IMG/VR virus record: IMGVR_UViG_3300027706_000278
Strand: one strand, 5' to 3'
From: an uncultured virus (IMG/VR IMGVR_UViG_3300027706_000278)
Lineage: Duplodnaviria; Heunggongvirae; Uroviricota; Caudoviricetes
Length of the DNA stretch: 64,000 nt
This document shows positions 1-9,615 of the stretch, one piece after another. The translations under genes and the position numbers were made by a program. Position 1 is the stretch's first letter. Each line of letters opens with the position of its first letter. The notes under the pieces were generated by a model. That model saw only the letters and a program-made list of their open reading frames with translations, did no database searches and was not told the origin of the DNA.

Positions 1-811
1 CTAATTTGACAAAAATGTCGGTCTAAGCAGGGGAAGATCCTGACCCGTTACATAGTCCGACCAAAGGGCGTTGAAGTAGTCCTGGCCTTTCGCATCGTCG
101 AACTTGAGCCAGCCCTTCTTCTGAATGAAGGCGATGAACATCAGCCGGTTGAAAAGCCGCTGCGTAAACAGGCGCTTCTGTTCTTTGTCCCGGATTCCAC
201 GGATCGAATCTTCGACGTAGGTAAACGTGGCGTGATACTGCTTGAAGAACTCTTCCGTGACCGGTTCAACATCGAAGGCGGCATCGTGCCGCTCCTGGAT
301 CGCAAGCGGGGAAAGCCCGAACAGGTCGGGGGCTGATCTTTTCGAGATCCAGTTGCGAAATCACCTGCGATGCCGTTCGCATCTTCTCGAACGGCCCAAC
401 GGTGATTCGCCGGAACAGCTTGCGCTTTTCAACGTCGTCGGCCAGCTTGACGTTCAGGAAATGCCAATGCTTTTGGGTCCGGTCGGAAAAGACGAAGAGT
501 GCGTAAGGATGATCCTTCAGCAGCCGGGTTGCGATGGCACGCTCATCCCCAAGTGAAAGCCGATCCTTCGCCAGCCGGGAATAGACGACGTGGAAATCGC
601 CGCCTTGGCCGCCAGCGGCCAGGAGCGTTGGGTCTTCATGGAGCGCCGCCGAAGCTGGTTCCGGCCAGGACCGTCTAGTGATGGGCTTGTTAACGTGTTC
701 GTAGTTGAGCTTGCTCCAAACAAGTTCTTTCAACGGCTCAAGGCCGGTGAACTTTTCGAGAACGCTAAGCACTTGCTGCTGTAGTTCGCTCTGGTGCATG
801 TACAGGGACAC
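1..811 (-). pseudogene. Type IIG (Eco57I/TaqI-like) restriction-modification enzyme, N-terminal part, frameshifted and truncated
   Basis: ORF 266..811. Removing one base from the G5 run at 328-332 continues as AFDVEPVTEEFFKQY...FTQRLFNRLMFIAFIQKKGWL, the motif typical of Type IIG N-termini. Stop at 1-3 after only ~270 aa. Confidence 0.75.
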
Positions 812-869
812 CCCTCCGACAAAATCGACTGAACGAACGGAAGCTTTATTTTAAACGCGACGGAATACG

Positions 870-1316
870 TTAGGTCAAGCCGAAATCGGGTGGAATGACG
901 GATCTCTTGGGCACCGGCGCTGTATACTTCCGGCACGCCTTCTGTAAGTATTCAAGGGACACGGTCGCGTCCTCGGCCACAAGAAATAGCGCGAGCCGTC
1001 GGGCAAATTCGGACCGGCGCTCGACAATGTTTTCGGGAAACAGCTCCTGATGCTGCCACAACAGGATGCGAGCCGGATACGATGCCGAATCATCCGCGTC
1101 ACACCGGCCCACGAACTCGGAGTACCCGAGTTTGGCGAGGATATCGGCGTACTCTTTTCGACGGCGCGCGTCTTCGTCAGGATCACCCGGATGCTTCATT
1201 GGCCTGTGCATATGCCGCCACTTATCAACTGGAATACCCCAAGTGAAGATGCGCGTTAGCGTGCTTACGCGCTGACACAAGTATTCGAGAGGGCTTCGTG
1301 GACGACCCGCGGGCAT
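870..1316 (-). CDS. Hypothetical protein
   Basis: Part of ORF 870..1418, likely start MPAGRPRS; no motif recognised. Confidence 0.5.
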   Translation of the reverse strand: MPAGRPRSPLEYLCQRVSTLTRIFTWGIPVDKWRHMHRPMKHPGDPDEDARRRKEYADILAKLGYSEFVGRCDADDSASYPARILLWQHQELFPENIVERRSEFARRLALFLVAEDATVSLEYLQKACRKYTAPVPKRSVIPPDFGLT

Positions 1317-1520
1317 GGACCCGATTTTACCGAATCGTCCGCCAGAATCCGCCCCGATCCCAACGAGTGCAGCGGATGAAATGGAAAAAACTTGAAACAG
1401 TCTCGAGACCTGCTGCACATTAAACGCTTTCTCCCAATTGCTTCATTCCGTTAGGCCCGGAGATTAAATCAGCATACCCAAATCGAGAGATGAGAATTTC
1501 GCCCCCCATAATCGCTCCAG

Positions 1521-2600
1521 ATGTTCAATGCGCCAACGGATGCGAAAGCACAGAATGGGCCAGCGGAGTGCGGTTCGATGCAAGACCGGGTAGACGGTTG
1601 CCAACTCCGTTCCGGGCGTGGCAGTAGAACCCACACCTCCAGTGAGAACCGGTCGAACGCCGGTCGCTGGCCCTCCAACGAATCAACCGGGATCAGCTCT
1701 CAAAACCCGGGGGCCGAAGGCCCCCACACTGCCACGCTAAAAGTTGGCAGGGGTCCGGGGACGGAGTCCCCGTCTTCCAATGACGCGGCGAAGCCGCGTC
1801 CATCTGGCGGGGGCCTGGGGGCGGAGCCCCCAGTTTCACTTGACTCATATACGCACAATCGCAACAGCCCCGAATCTCCCCAGCCCACAAAACTTGGCCG
1901 CCATTGTGGTAGACGCACGATGCTCGGAACAGCCGCGAGCGGGGAGCGCCGGTTCATTCGCCATCGCTGTAAATCTTACCGATGTGCTCTCTGCGGTCCC
2001 AAGAAGCGTCGTCGCTTGCGCGCTCGACTTTCCGAGCTGGCGAAACATCATGGGCTCGACAAGATGCTCACGTTGACGGTTGATCCTGCGCGGCTCCCCG
2101 CCGACGCCGACCCGATCACATATATCCGTAGCAAAGTGTGGAGGGATATGCGTGTGTACCTGGATCGGCACTTCGGCAGGACCGTATACATCGCGATCCT
2201 GGAAAGACATCAAAGCGGCGTCGGACACCTTCATGTGCTTGTCAGCCGGTTTCTGCCGCAGCAAATGATCAGCCGATTTTCCGGGGCTCTCGGTGGAGGC
2301 CGCGTTGTTCACATTCAGTACGTAGGGGTTCGGAACGTTGCGGCGTACCTCTCGAAGTACCTCGCCAAAGAACAGGAACTTCCGCCGAGGGTACGGCACG
2401 TTACGACTTCACGCGGTCTGCCGATCTGGCCGGAAGCTCACCGCAAATCGACAGGAGCCGAGTTCGTATGGCAGCTTTCGCGCCTTCCGATTGAAATCTT
2501 TTTTGCGCACGCCCTAAACGCGCGCAATGAAACCTACGAAATCGAACCGGACGGTACGCGCGTATTGAGTTTTTTTGTTGCAGAGGGACTCGCAGCGTGA
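1521..2600 (+). CDS. HUH rolling-circle replication initiator (two-tyrosine type); true start uncertain
   Basis: Cys cluster C...CKSYRCALC, motif I MLTLT, motif II HLHVLV, motif III YLSKY. Confidence 0.85.
   Translation: MFNAPTDAKAQNGPAECGSMQDRVDGCQLRSGRGSRTHTSSENRSNAGRWPSNESTGISSQNPGAEGPHTATLKVGRGPGTESPSSNDAAKPRPSGGGLGAEPPVSLDSYTHNRNSPESPQPTKLGRHCGRRTMLGTAASGERRFIRHRCKSYRCALCGPKKRRRLRARLSELAKHHGLDKMLTLTVDPARLPADADPITYIRSKVWRDMRVYLDRHFGRTVYIAILERHQSGVGHLHVLVSRFLPQQMISRFSGALGGGRVVHIQYVGVRNVAAYLSKYLAKEQELPPRVRHVTTSRGLPIWPEAHRKSTGAEFVWQLSRLPIEIFFAHALNARNETYEIEPDGTRVLSFFVAEGLAA
1709..1860 (+). other. Putative double-strand origin of rolling-circle replication
   Basis: Three GC hairpins (GGGGGCC-GAA-GGCCCCC 1709-1725; CGGGGAC-GGA-GTCCCCG 1756-1772; CTGGGGGC-GGA-GCCCCCAG 1815-1833), then TTTCACTTGACTC resembling CTTG^A nick sites. 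Confidence 0.6.
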
Positions 2601-2667
2601 GTCAGTTCTATTCATCGCGGCACACGCTAGTGTTTGCTGTTGGCGTGGTCACCCGCAAACCTTCCAG

Positions 2668-3011
2668 ATGAGTTACGAAATGCAAAACCGGCGCACTATT
2701 CTCAATCCGCAACACAATGGATTGAAAACACGAGCACTGGAAATTTTCAAAGCGTACGGCCCCTTGAATCCGCCTGCGTGGGCCGTATTGGCAAAATCTT
2801 CCCGGTTCGCGCTTCGTACAGCTATTTGCTCCGATTGCATCGCTTCGGTCTGCTGGATCGAACTCGCGACAAGTCGGGACTGATTATTTACAGTCTTTCG
2901 GATCGAGGCCAAAAGCGGCTCGAATGGCTCACGATCCCAACTGGTCCCAATCCATCCCAAGCCAGGTCAGAGGAGGCTACACGTGGCGTCAGAGTCCCAA
3001 ATGCGGTCTAA
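2668..3011 (+). pseudogene. Winged-helix DNA-binding protein split by a 1-nt frameshift near 2795
   Basis: ORF 2575..2883 (ALEIFKAYGPLNPPAWAVLAK) joins ORF 2634..3011 (FPVRASYSYLLRLHRFGLL...YSLSDRG) into one wHTH. Confidence 0.6.
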
Positions 3012-3201
3012 TGAATCTGTCGGTAAGCGGCTCCTGAACGTGAGGGAGGCGGCCCAATACATGGGTCTCCAAGCGGATACGGTCTATAAGAAGGCCCGAC
3101 TCCGCGAGCTTCCTTCCGTCAAGGTTGGTCGAGCGTTGCGGTTCGATGTGAAAGCGCTTTCGCGCTTCGTTGAGCAGCACACAATCGAAACCCTTGAATG
3201 A
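2983..3201 (+). CDS. Excisionase / HTH_17 DNA-binding protein
   Basis: LLNVREAAQYMG...TVY...LPSVKVGRALRF, directly upstream of the integrase. Confidence 0.85.
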   Translation: MASESQMRSNESVGKRLLNVREAAQYMGLQADTVYKKARLRELPSVKVGRALRFDVKALSRFVEQHTIETLE

Positions 3202-3216
3202 AAGGAGACCGTTTAG

Positions 3217-4323
3217 ATGTCGATTCACAAGGAACGCGACGGAGTCTGGAAGGTCCGTTGGCGCGAAGGTGGTCGAAACCGTAGCGTTCGAGTGCACGGC
3301 TCGTACGAACTGGCGAAGAAGGTTCTTCGGAAGAAAATGTCAGCTCGCGACGAGAACCGGCATTTGGACGTGAAGAGAGAGGTTAACTTCCGAATGTCCG
3401 CTTTGATCGATCGGTATTGGGCCGAATACGCTAGTCGAAAAAGGTCCAGCGACCGCGAAAGGAGCATCCTCGAACGTATCCGCCGTGAAATGGGAACCAA
3501 CTTCGTCCGCGAAGTGGACGGCCCGACAGTTCAGCGGTGGTATCGAGGACTGACAGAAGGCGGGCTGAGTGCTGGGACAGCCGTGCGGCATTTCAACGTT
3601 ATGCACCACATGATGAAGAGAGCCGCAACGATCTGGTCGAAGGAAACCGGAATCGACCGGAACCCGGTGGATCAGGTTGAGATCTACCGGCCGGACGACC
3701 AGCGGGAACGCTACCTCTCTGCCGAAGAAATGAAGGCTCTCAAGAACGCGCTCGATCTGAAGATGTACCGGGCGGGAACGCGAGAGATAAACCGGACGTT
3801 TTACCGGTTACGCATGATCGTCCTGATCGCGCTCACAACCGGTATGCGTATGGCCGAAATCTTCGGGTTGACCTGGAGCGACCTTCGCTATTCCGAGGGG
3901 CTGATCGCCGTTCGTGCCAAGTTGAAGGGCGGGAGGATTCGGTACGTGCCGATGATCCCTGAGTTGGCTGCCGAGCTTCGAAGGTATCCCGCCGTGATTG
4001 GGGAGGAACGGCTCTTCCCACCGAAGCGGGGTACCAAGGGCGAGCGCCAGCGCGTGGAGAGCAGTTTCGAAACGCTCCTTGAGATGGCAGGTATCCAGAA
4101 CTTCCGTTTTCACGATCTCCGGCACACGTTCGCATCGTGGTACATGATGAACGGCGGAGATCTGTACGAATTGGCGAAGATCTTAGGCCATTCGAATATT
4201 CGGATGACCGAACGATACGCCAAATTGGGCAAGACACATATCGCGAGGACCGGGGACACGGCGCGCGAAATGTGGAAGCTGATGGCAGAGGAAGAAGGGG
4301 AGCGGGTGGCATCCGTTATTTGA
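3217..4323 (+). CDS. Tyrosine recombinase / integrase
   Basis: TGMRMAE, FHDLRHTFAS, LGHS, TERY catalytic motifs; RBS AAGGAG. Confidence 0.95.
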   Translation: MSIHKERDGVWKVRWREGGRNRSVRVHGSYELAKKVLRKKMSARDENRHLDVKREVNFRMSALIDRYWAEYASRKRSSDRERSILERIRREMGTNFVREVDGPTVQRWYRGLTEGGLSAGTAVRHFNVMHHMMKRAATIWSKETGIDRNPVDQVEIYRPDDQRERYLSAEEMKALKNALDLKMYRAGTREINRTFYRLRMIVLIALTTGMRMAEIFGLTWSDLRYSEGLIAVRAKLKGGRIRYVPMIPELAAELRRYPAVIGEERLFPPKRGTKGERQRVESSFETLLEMAGIQNFRFHDLRHTFASWYMMNGGDLYELAKILGHSNIRMTERYAKLGKTHIARTGDTAREMWKLMAEEEGERVASVI

Positions 4324-4343
4324 TTGTTCCCGTATTGTTCCCG
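4323..4343. repeat. Arm-type direct repeat ATTGTTCCCG x2
   Basis: Tandem 10-mer between the integrase stop and the att core. Confidence 0.55.
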
Positions 4344-4389
4344 AGGTTAGAGACTGATGTTCTTGGCTACCGCTAGATTGTTGATTTTA

Positions 4390-4440
4390 TGGTGGCCAGG
4401 GACGGAATCGAACCGCCGACGCCAGCCTTTTCAGGGCTGC
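4390..4440 (-). tRNA. 3' fragment of tRNA-Phe(GAA), att core; not an intact tRNA
   Basis: CAGCC-CTGAAAA-GGCTG anticodon arm, GGCGG-TTCGATT-CCGTC T arm, CCTGGCCACCA end; 5' acceptor strand and D arm absent. Confidence 0.9.
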
Positions 4441-4499
4441 CAGATGAACAACTTACAGACAGGCCTCTAGTGTTTTCATAGAGTTACGGGGAATGAATT

Positions 4500-4583
4500 T
4501 GGACTCCACGTGGACCCCCGCATGGTCACCCGCGTCTTTTGGACTCCTGGTGGACTCCGGCGTCCGGCGTGGAGTCCACGTGG
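4500..4583. repeat. TGGACTCC/CCACGTGG repeats, likely integrase arm sites of the right-hand element
   Basis: TGGACTCCACGTGGACCCC, TGGACTCCTGGTGGACTCC and TGGAGTCCACGTGG next to the att core. Confidence 0.55.
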
Positions 4584-4804
4584 TCACCTCAGACGGATCG
4601 ATTTGATCTGGTCTTTCACGTGCTTAACGCGCACGCGCGCGGTCGCCGCGATCGGGATTCTTAATGTCTTCTTCTTCGTCGACGACGACGAGGAAGATTT
4701 TTTCTCCCTATATATGGAGATCCCTCCCACTGTCCCCCATGGGCTGCTGCAGGCGACGTGAAAACATCGCCGCCACTTCATCATTCTCCCTTTGCCGCCG
4801 CCCT

Positions 4805-5347
4805 TCATTGCCGCCGCCGCCCGGCAGGCGATCCAAATGCCGCGCAGAACTCAGTGCAGCCAAATAGCCCGTCCAGGAGGGTGCGAAAAACTCGACGGAG
4901 GTGTTCAGTGATCTGAGTGATCGGGAGAATCTCGCACCAGATGGTTACATATGTCGTAGCGTCTTCGAACTCGTGCTCCAGGTCATCGTGGCACGCATGC
5001 TGAACCGCACGGTCGCCCGCGCTTCGGATCTCCCGGTCCTTCAACCAGACAGCAGAGTAGACCGATAGAGGCCATGATTGATCGTCCCAACACTGGAGTG
5101 CCAGGTAGAACGAGATCCGCTCACCTTCCCGCTTTAACAACATGCCGGAGTGACTGTCGTCGCAGGTACATCTGAAAGCCGCACCCTCCGGCTCGATAAC
5201 ACCCGCTGCCGAGAGATCCTCCTCGAATTCCATCCAGACTGATCGGAGTGCGAGTTCGACCTGGGCATGGAATTCCTTCACCGCTGCCGTCGTATCCCGG
5301 TAATACCTCAGGTTCTCATCGATGAATTTCTCCACTGATTCATCCAT
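4805..5347 (-). CDS. Hypothetical acidic protein coupled to the PD-(D/E)XK gene
   Basis: 180 aa ORF overlapping the upstream gene by 8 bp. Confidence 0.7.
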   Translation of the reverse strand: MDESVEKFIDENLRYYRDTTAAVKEFHAQVELALRSVWMEFEEDLSAAGVIEPEGAAFRCTCDDSHSGMLLKREGERISFYLALQCWDDQSWPLSVYSAVWLKDREIRSAGDRAVQHACHDDLEHEFEDATTYVTIWCEILPITQITEHLRRVFRTLLDGLFGCTEFCAAFGSPAGRRRQ

Positions 5348-6152
5348 TGCTCTTCACGTCGCTCCTTTCGAGGTACTCGCGAAGGTAAGCAGCAAGCCTC
5401 GGAGCATCCCGAGGCGAATCGGGCTGGAGTTGGAGGAGGTTCTGCTCGATGGCACCTAGCACCGCTAAAAACAGAGCCGTCTCGGGAAACGGCCTGCTGC
5501 CGATCACCTCACGGGCGTTCAGACGCACGTTCAGACAAACGTCACGCCATGATATGAACCGAAAACCTCTGAGATCGATCCCTTCATCTGCCACGGCAAG
5601 AAACACAGGCTCCGCTCTGGACAAATCCGGGATCTGTATGACAGCCGCCCGATAAAGCTCGTGCTTCTCCAGGTCCTCCGCGGTGTACTCCCTGGTCTTG
5701 ACTTCCACAATCGCGCGGGCCTCTCCTTCGCAAGCGATCACCATGTCGAGCCGGCCGCGCTGGTCTCCCACCCTGACCGTCCGCTCGCAATCTATTTCCC
5801 ACGCGTTTTGATCACATCTCGCCTTCAGCCCAAGAACAGCAGCCACTGTGCGGCTTGGGAGCCGGCGCAAGAGCCATTCCAGTGCTGCCGTATAAATCTC
5901 CTCCCGCTGTAGCGCAAGCACGGCAGTGAGGAGGTCGCTGCGGATCGGATCGTTAAACGGGCTCAGCAATGAATCGGAGGCCTGAAGGAGAAGCCGCACC
6001 GCGTGCTCCCGTTGGCGCACAAATGTTTCATATTCCGAACGAAACCGGACACAGGAGCCAGCCGACAGCGCGACCTTACGCCGACGCTCTGATCGAAATC
6101 GGCGATACGAATCCACAAACCTGGATACGCTTTGGCCCGCGAGGGACGGCAT
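5340..6152 (-). CDS. PD-(D/E)XK nuclease family protein
   Basis: REEIYTAALEWLL...ERTV...RLDMVI...IVEVK signature; start uncertain. Confidence 0.75.
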   Translation of the reverse strand: MPSLAGQSVSRFVDSYRRFRSERRRKVALSAGSCVRFRSEYETFVRQREHAVRLLLQASDSLLSPFNDPIRSDLLTAVLALQREEIYTAALEWLLRRLPSRTVAAVLGLKARCDQNAWEIDCERTVRVGDQRGRLDMVIACEGEARAIVEVKTREYTAEDLEKHELYRAAVIQIPDLSRAEPVFLAVADEGIDLRGFRFISWRDVCLNVRLNAREVIGSRPFPETALFLAVLGAIEQNLLQLQPDSPRDAPRLAAYLREYLERSDVKSNG

Positions 6153-6172
6153 CTGTGGCAGTATAGCCTGCG

Positions 6173-6406
6173 TCAGTTTGGATTTCCATGCTCGGCATCC
6201 GTAATCTCCGGAAAGGCGAGGTGCCGGAACTCCCATGCTTTGATCCCGTCCAGGGCGATGTAATGGCGCTGGACGAGCCACGTGCAGCCGGCGACCGTGA
6301 CCTTGACACCTAGCTGTTTCCAAGAGCGGTTCTTTGCGTCTCGCTCCTTCTTTTGAGCTCCCTCTTGTTCATTTTGAAAAATGAAGCGGTACCACGTTTG
6401 TACCAC
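6173..6406 (-). CDS. Hypothetical protein
   Basis: 77 aa ORF, co-oriented with its neighbours. Confidence 0.4.
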   Translation of the reverse strand: MVQTWYRFIFQNEQEGAQKKERDAKNRSWKQLGVKVTVAGCTWLVQRHYIALDGIKAWEFRHLAFPEITDAEHGNPN

Positions 6407-6451
6407 TGGTCACAATATTCGTAAGCGCTTGCACGCTCCTGGCCGCAGTAG

Positions 6452-7036
6452 TCAATGTCGCGCGATGACTCGCTTGCTGCCGCAGTTACTGCAAAATGGC
6501 CCGAGATTGTATCCCTCTATGTGACCGCAGTCGGCGCATTCGGTATGCGGCAGTGTCCGGTTATAAAACTGCCCGCCGCATTTGCCGCAATACCGCTGGG
6601 TTTCTCCTGGCTTTGCCTCGTGACCATTAAGACAAAATAATCCCACCGGCTTATCGCGGTTCGGCCGACACGGATACAAGACGTCATTGTGCGGTCCGAT
6701 AACTGCTCGTTGGCCGCACGATGGGCAAAACTGGTTATCTCCTACGGAGGCCCGACACCGCAAACAGTAGTGGTCCGTTCCATGGTTCCACATTTGGCCT
6801 CCACATTTGGGACAGAACCGCTGGGGCTTACCAAAGTTTGTGTGGCGGCACCGCAAACAGACTTCCGAAAAATCGTAGTCGCGAAAAACTTCGCCGAACA
6901 CCACCAGCAAAGTACTTACCCACGCCGCAACCGAAAACGAGTGCACAGAGATTCCTCCCTCTTGTTTCGGGGACTCCCAGAATAGCAATCCTGGGAACGA
7001 AGAAGCCATCACCGCCGTCTCTTGATGCGGCAACAC
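6452..7036 (-). CDS. Multi zinc-ribbon (DZR-like) protein
   Basis: Seven CxxC motifs plus one CxxxH, e.g. FCPKCG, FCPSCG, YCGKCG, FCSNCG; true start may be downstream. Confidence 0.7.
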   Translation of the reverse strand: MLPHQETAVMASSFPGLLFWESPKQEGGISVHSFSVAAWVSTLLVVFGEVFRDYDFSEVCLRCRHTNFGKPQRFCPKCGGQMWNHGTDHYCLRCRASVGDNQFCPSCGQRAVIGPHNDVLYPCRPNRDKPVGLFCLNGHEAKPGETQRYCGKCGGQFYNRTLPHTECADCGHIEGYNLGPFCSNCGSKRVIARH

Positions 7037-7051
7037 TTCGGGCTAATCGAT

Positions 7052-7597
7052 TTACCAGTTCACCCACAGACTCAACTTCGCCGGGTAGAAAGCTTGGTAC
7101 GGTCCGCGACCCGGTGAACAGCTGGGTTCCTTGAATGTCCAGTGCGGGTTAAGTCCACGCCGTTGACACTCGGCGAAAAGAGGATGACCGAACTCCGGAA
7201 CAGTATAATTGTATTCCGAATGATCGTAGCCCCATTTCAGAGGACATAGGATGTTGCAGAAATGCCACTTATAAACTGACTTTCTTGTATAATCGAACTC
7301 AGGAGACTCCAACTCGAGCAAAACCTCGCAGACTTGCCCCCTGCTTGCAGCCGCCGCCAAAATGTTGTCCAGATTATTCAATACCGCCTCTGCTCTCTGT
7401 CTTGCGGCCGTAGCCTGTTCGGACACCTTTTGTCTGTTCTCCTGCAGGCGCCGTTCCTCCTCTTGCTGTTTAAGGATTGCGGACTCATGCCGGATTCTTC
7501 GCAGATCTTGGGCGTCCATATGATTTCCTTTCATCTGGTTCCGGACTTCCCAGAATACCAATTCTGGGAACCAAGAAAAACCGCTCCGTTTAGGCAT
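7052..7597 (-). CDS. Hypothetical protein with N-terminal coiled coil
   Basis: ORF; likely start MDAQDLRR after AAGGA. Confidence 0.6.
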   Translation of the reverse strand: MPKRSGFSWFPELVFWEVRNQMKGNHMDAQDLRRIRHESAILKQQEEERRLQENRQKVSEQATAARQRAEAVLNNLDNILAAAASRGQVCEVLLELESPEFDYTRKSVYKWHFCNILCPLKWGYDHSEYNYTVPEFGHPLFAECQRRGLNPHWTFKEPSCSPGRGPYQAFYPAKLSLWVNW

Positions 7598-7778
7598 CCT
7601 CCTCCAGCTTGCTGATCACAAACCGCGCCCGAGGATTGGGCCGCGAGCCGGAATACGAGACGGCGTGGCACAGGTCGCCGACCTGCTCGCAATCCTCGAG
7701 GGACCCTTGATGCAGCGCCTGGCACTGTGGCGGCCCATCGTCACTGAACTCGATCACATACCCGCAGATGTAGCCCTG

Positions 7779-8138
7779 TCATTCCGGTCTCCCAGGCAGT
7801 GCGCGCCTGTACTCCTTGTCCGTGGCGATGGCCTTCTCGACGACCTGCACGAGCACTTCGGCAACCGCGCCAGCATAGCCCTCCTCCGTGCCATCATCCG
7901 TGCGGCAGGCGATAGTCAGGAGGTCCCGGCCCATCTGCGAATACATCAGGCCGGCCGCCACGACGAACACCAGGATGTCGATGTCCGTCCCGAGGAGCGC
8001 CAGCGCCTTCCGCTTGGCGGCCTCGGCCAGGTCGTCGGCGAAGGACGACTTCATGCTCTCGATGTGGGCCGCCAGAAATTCCACGAGCGCGGCGCGCGCC
8101 TCCTCACTCAGTGGTCGAGAATATAATTCCCGCGCCAT
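7779..8138 (-). CDS. Hypothetical phage-like protein
   Basis: Start MARELYS overlaps the upstream stop (TGATG). Confidence 0.65.
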   Translation of the reverse strand: MARELYSRPLSEEARAALVEFLAAHIESMKSSFADDLAEAAKRKALALLGTDIDILVFVVAAGLMYSQMGRDLLTIACRTDDGTEEGYAGAVAEVLVQVVEKAIATDKEYRRALPGRPE

Positions 8139-8473
8139 CACGCCGCAGCTTTCGCCGCCGCACGCTTCTTGGCCATCTCCTTGTTCACGCGCCGCATCCG
8201 TTCTGCGGCCTTCCTGCGCATGGCAGGCGTCCAGACTGCCTTCTTGCGCGCCGGCTTCGGTGGGGCCGCTGTCGTGGTCTCTTTCACCGCCCAACGCTTT
8301 CGTTGCGCGGCCGCGATCCGTGCACGTCCGGCAGCACTTATACGGCGCTTTCGTTCTGGCCTGGTCCTCGCCAACCCCAACTGCTCGCGCAACGCCGCAG
8401 CTCGTTCTGCCAACTGGCGGCGATGAATCTCAAGGTCGATCAGTTCTTCGAGTAACTGCTCCTGCTTCGTCAT
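8138..8473 (-). CDS. Small basic coiled-coil protein, possible nucleoid/xenogeneic DNA binder
   Basis: Coiled coil followed by RRISAAGRARIAAAQRKRWA and a second similar basic helix. Confidence 0.7.
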   Translation of the reverse strand: MTKQEQLLEELIDLEIHRRQLAERAAALREQLGLARTRPERKRRISAAGRARIAAAQRKRWAVKETTTAAPPKPARKKAVWTPAMRRKAAERMRRVNKEMAKKRAAAKAAA

Positions 8474-8488
8474 GTCCTGTCCTTTCGT

Positions 8489-8866
8489 TCAGTTCTCATG
8501 CAACATTTCGATCCGTGAGACCACGTGCCAAGCGGAATCGGCGGCCAGGAATATCGGCGCCAGTTCCTCGGTGAGCTTGCGGCCCTTGGCGATGCGCGCG
8601 AGCGCTACCCGGTACGGGCGCGAGGGCGCCTTTACGCCGTGCTCCCATTTGGAAATCAGATCTATGGCCGGAGCCTCCATGGGGTGCGACCCGTCATGCC
8701 CGTGCCAGGCGATGCGCTGTGCAAGCTCCGCCTGGCTCCAGTCCATTCTACGTCGTAATTCCGTGATTGCCTTTCCAAAGTGGCGGTGCATCGCCTCCGT
8801 GGTCTTCCTCATGGCGCAAATTGGAACCACCTTTCTACTTGGATCAACCGCTTCGTTCTTCGCCAC
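8489..8866 (-). CDS. XRE-family HTH regulator
   Basis: FGKAITELRRRMDWSQAELA...ISKWEHG. Confidence 0.8.
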   Translation of the reverse strand: MAKNEAVDPSRKVVPICAMRKTTEAMHRHFGKAITELRRRMDWSQAELAQRIAWHGHDGSHPMEAPAIDLISKWEHGVKAPSRPYRVALARIAKGRKLTEELAPIFLAADSAWHVVSRIEMLHEN

Positions 8867-8867
8867 G

Positions 8868-9173
8868 TCAGTTGCCCGTCGTCAGCGGTAGCTCGTACCT
8901 CTTCAGGATCGTGAGCTTCTGGCCATGCAGGTCGCGCCAACCGTCCGGATTGTGTAGCGCGAAGAAGCAAACGTCCTGGTCGTCGTGCTTGTGGCGGATC
9001 AGCAGTAGCACATCGACGTGCTGCTCGCGCATCGCCGCCTTGGCCTCCGCAGAGCAAGATCCCGGCCCGAGGTCCGGCATCTCGGCCGGCGTCGATGCTT
9101 CGAGCACCTCGCCGAGCACCCGGCCTGGCGGTCCCTCCACGAGCACCACGTCGCCCTTCCCGAATAGCTTCAT
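8868..9173 (-). CDS. Hypothetical protein
   Basis: Part of an overlap-coupled operon. Confidence 0.65.
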   Translation of the reverse strand: MKLFGKGDVVLVEGPPGRVLGEVLEASTPAEMPDLGPGSCSAEAKAAMREQHVDVLLLIRHKHDDQDVCFFALHNPDGWRDLHGQKLTILKRYELPLTTGN

Positions 9174-9388
9174 AACTCCCTCCGGATGTGGAACTCACTC
9201 GCGCGCAGGAGGTTGCTGCGGCCGCCAGGCTGGATCAGGAACACGTTCTGCGCCGCCCACTCGCGCGGATGCCGCCGTATTGCGAACGCCAGGCGCCGGA
9301 ATCGAAGCGGCGCGCTGGCGCGGACCCGGAGTGGCCGGCCCAGGACCAGGATCGGCGCGTTGTTCGGCTGTTCGTCGATGTTCCTCAT
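9170..9388 (-). CDS. Hypothetical protein
   Basis: Start MRNIDEQP with ATGA overlaps at both ends. Confidence 0.55.
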   Translation of the reverse strand: MRNIDEQPNNAPILVLGRPLRVRASAPLRFRRLAFAIRRHPREWAAQNVFLIQPGGRSNLLRASEFHIRREL

Positions 9389-9615
9389 GCCTTCTTCAAC
9401 TCCCGTCGCGCTATCACGCGCCAAGCCGTCGCCATGGGGTTGTCGTTCTGGAAATACTGCGCCGCGAGCAGCAGCTTCTCGCTCTGGAGGTGCAAATCGC
9501 ACAGCGTCTCACACGCGATGCAGCCGCCCTTGATCGCGCCGCGCCCCTCCTTGGCCGGATCGAAGTGTGGGTGCTTTTTGCATTTGAGGTCGGCGCGAAT
9601 ACGCAGCTTCAGCAT
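9385..9615 (-). CDS. Small Cys-rich hypothetical protein
   Basis: MLKLRIRADLKCKKHP...CIAC; RBS GGAGG. Confidence 0.6.
   Translation of the reverse strand: MLKLRIRADLKCKKHPHFDPAKEGRGAIKGGCIACETLCDLHLQSEKLLLAAQYFQNDNPMATAWRVIARRELKKA

Larger units (their letters stand above)
1..4390. mobile_element. Small integrative rolling-circle element (Rep-wHTH-Xis-Int) at tRNA-Phe; left end outside the window
   Basis: HUH Rep, excisionase and tyrosine integrase co-oriented toward the tRNA 3' end, with arm-like repeats. Confidence 0.8.

Noticed and set aside
4390..4470. Intact tRNA-Phe gene
   Set aside because: 5' acceptor strand and D arm are absent
4500..4583. CRISPR array
   Set aside because: Repeats are too short and irregular; no spacer periodicity and no cas genes
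4510..4867. Short low-complexity ORFs near att
   Set aside because: They overlap arm repeats and simple repeats; no RBS or motif support
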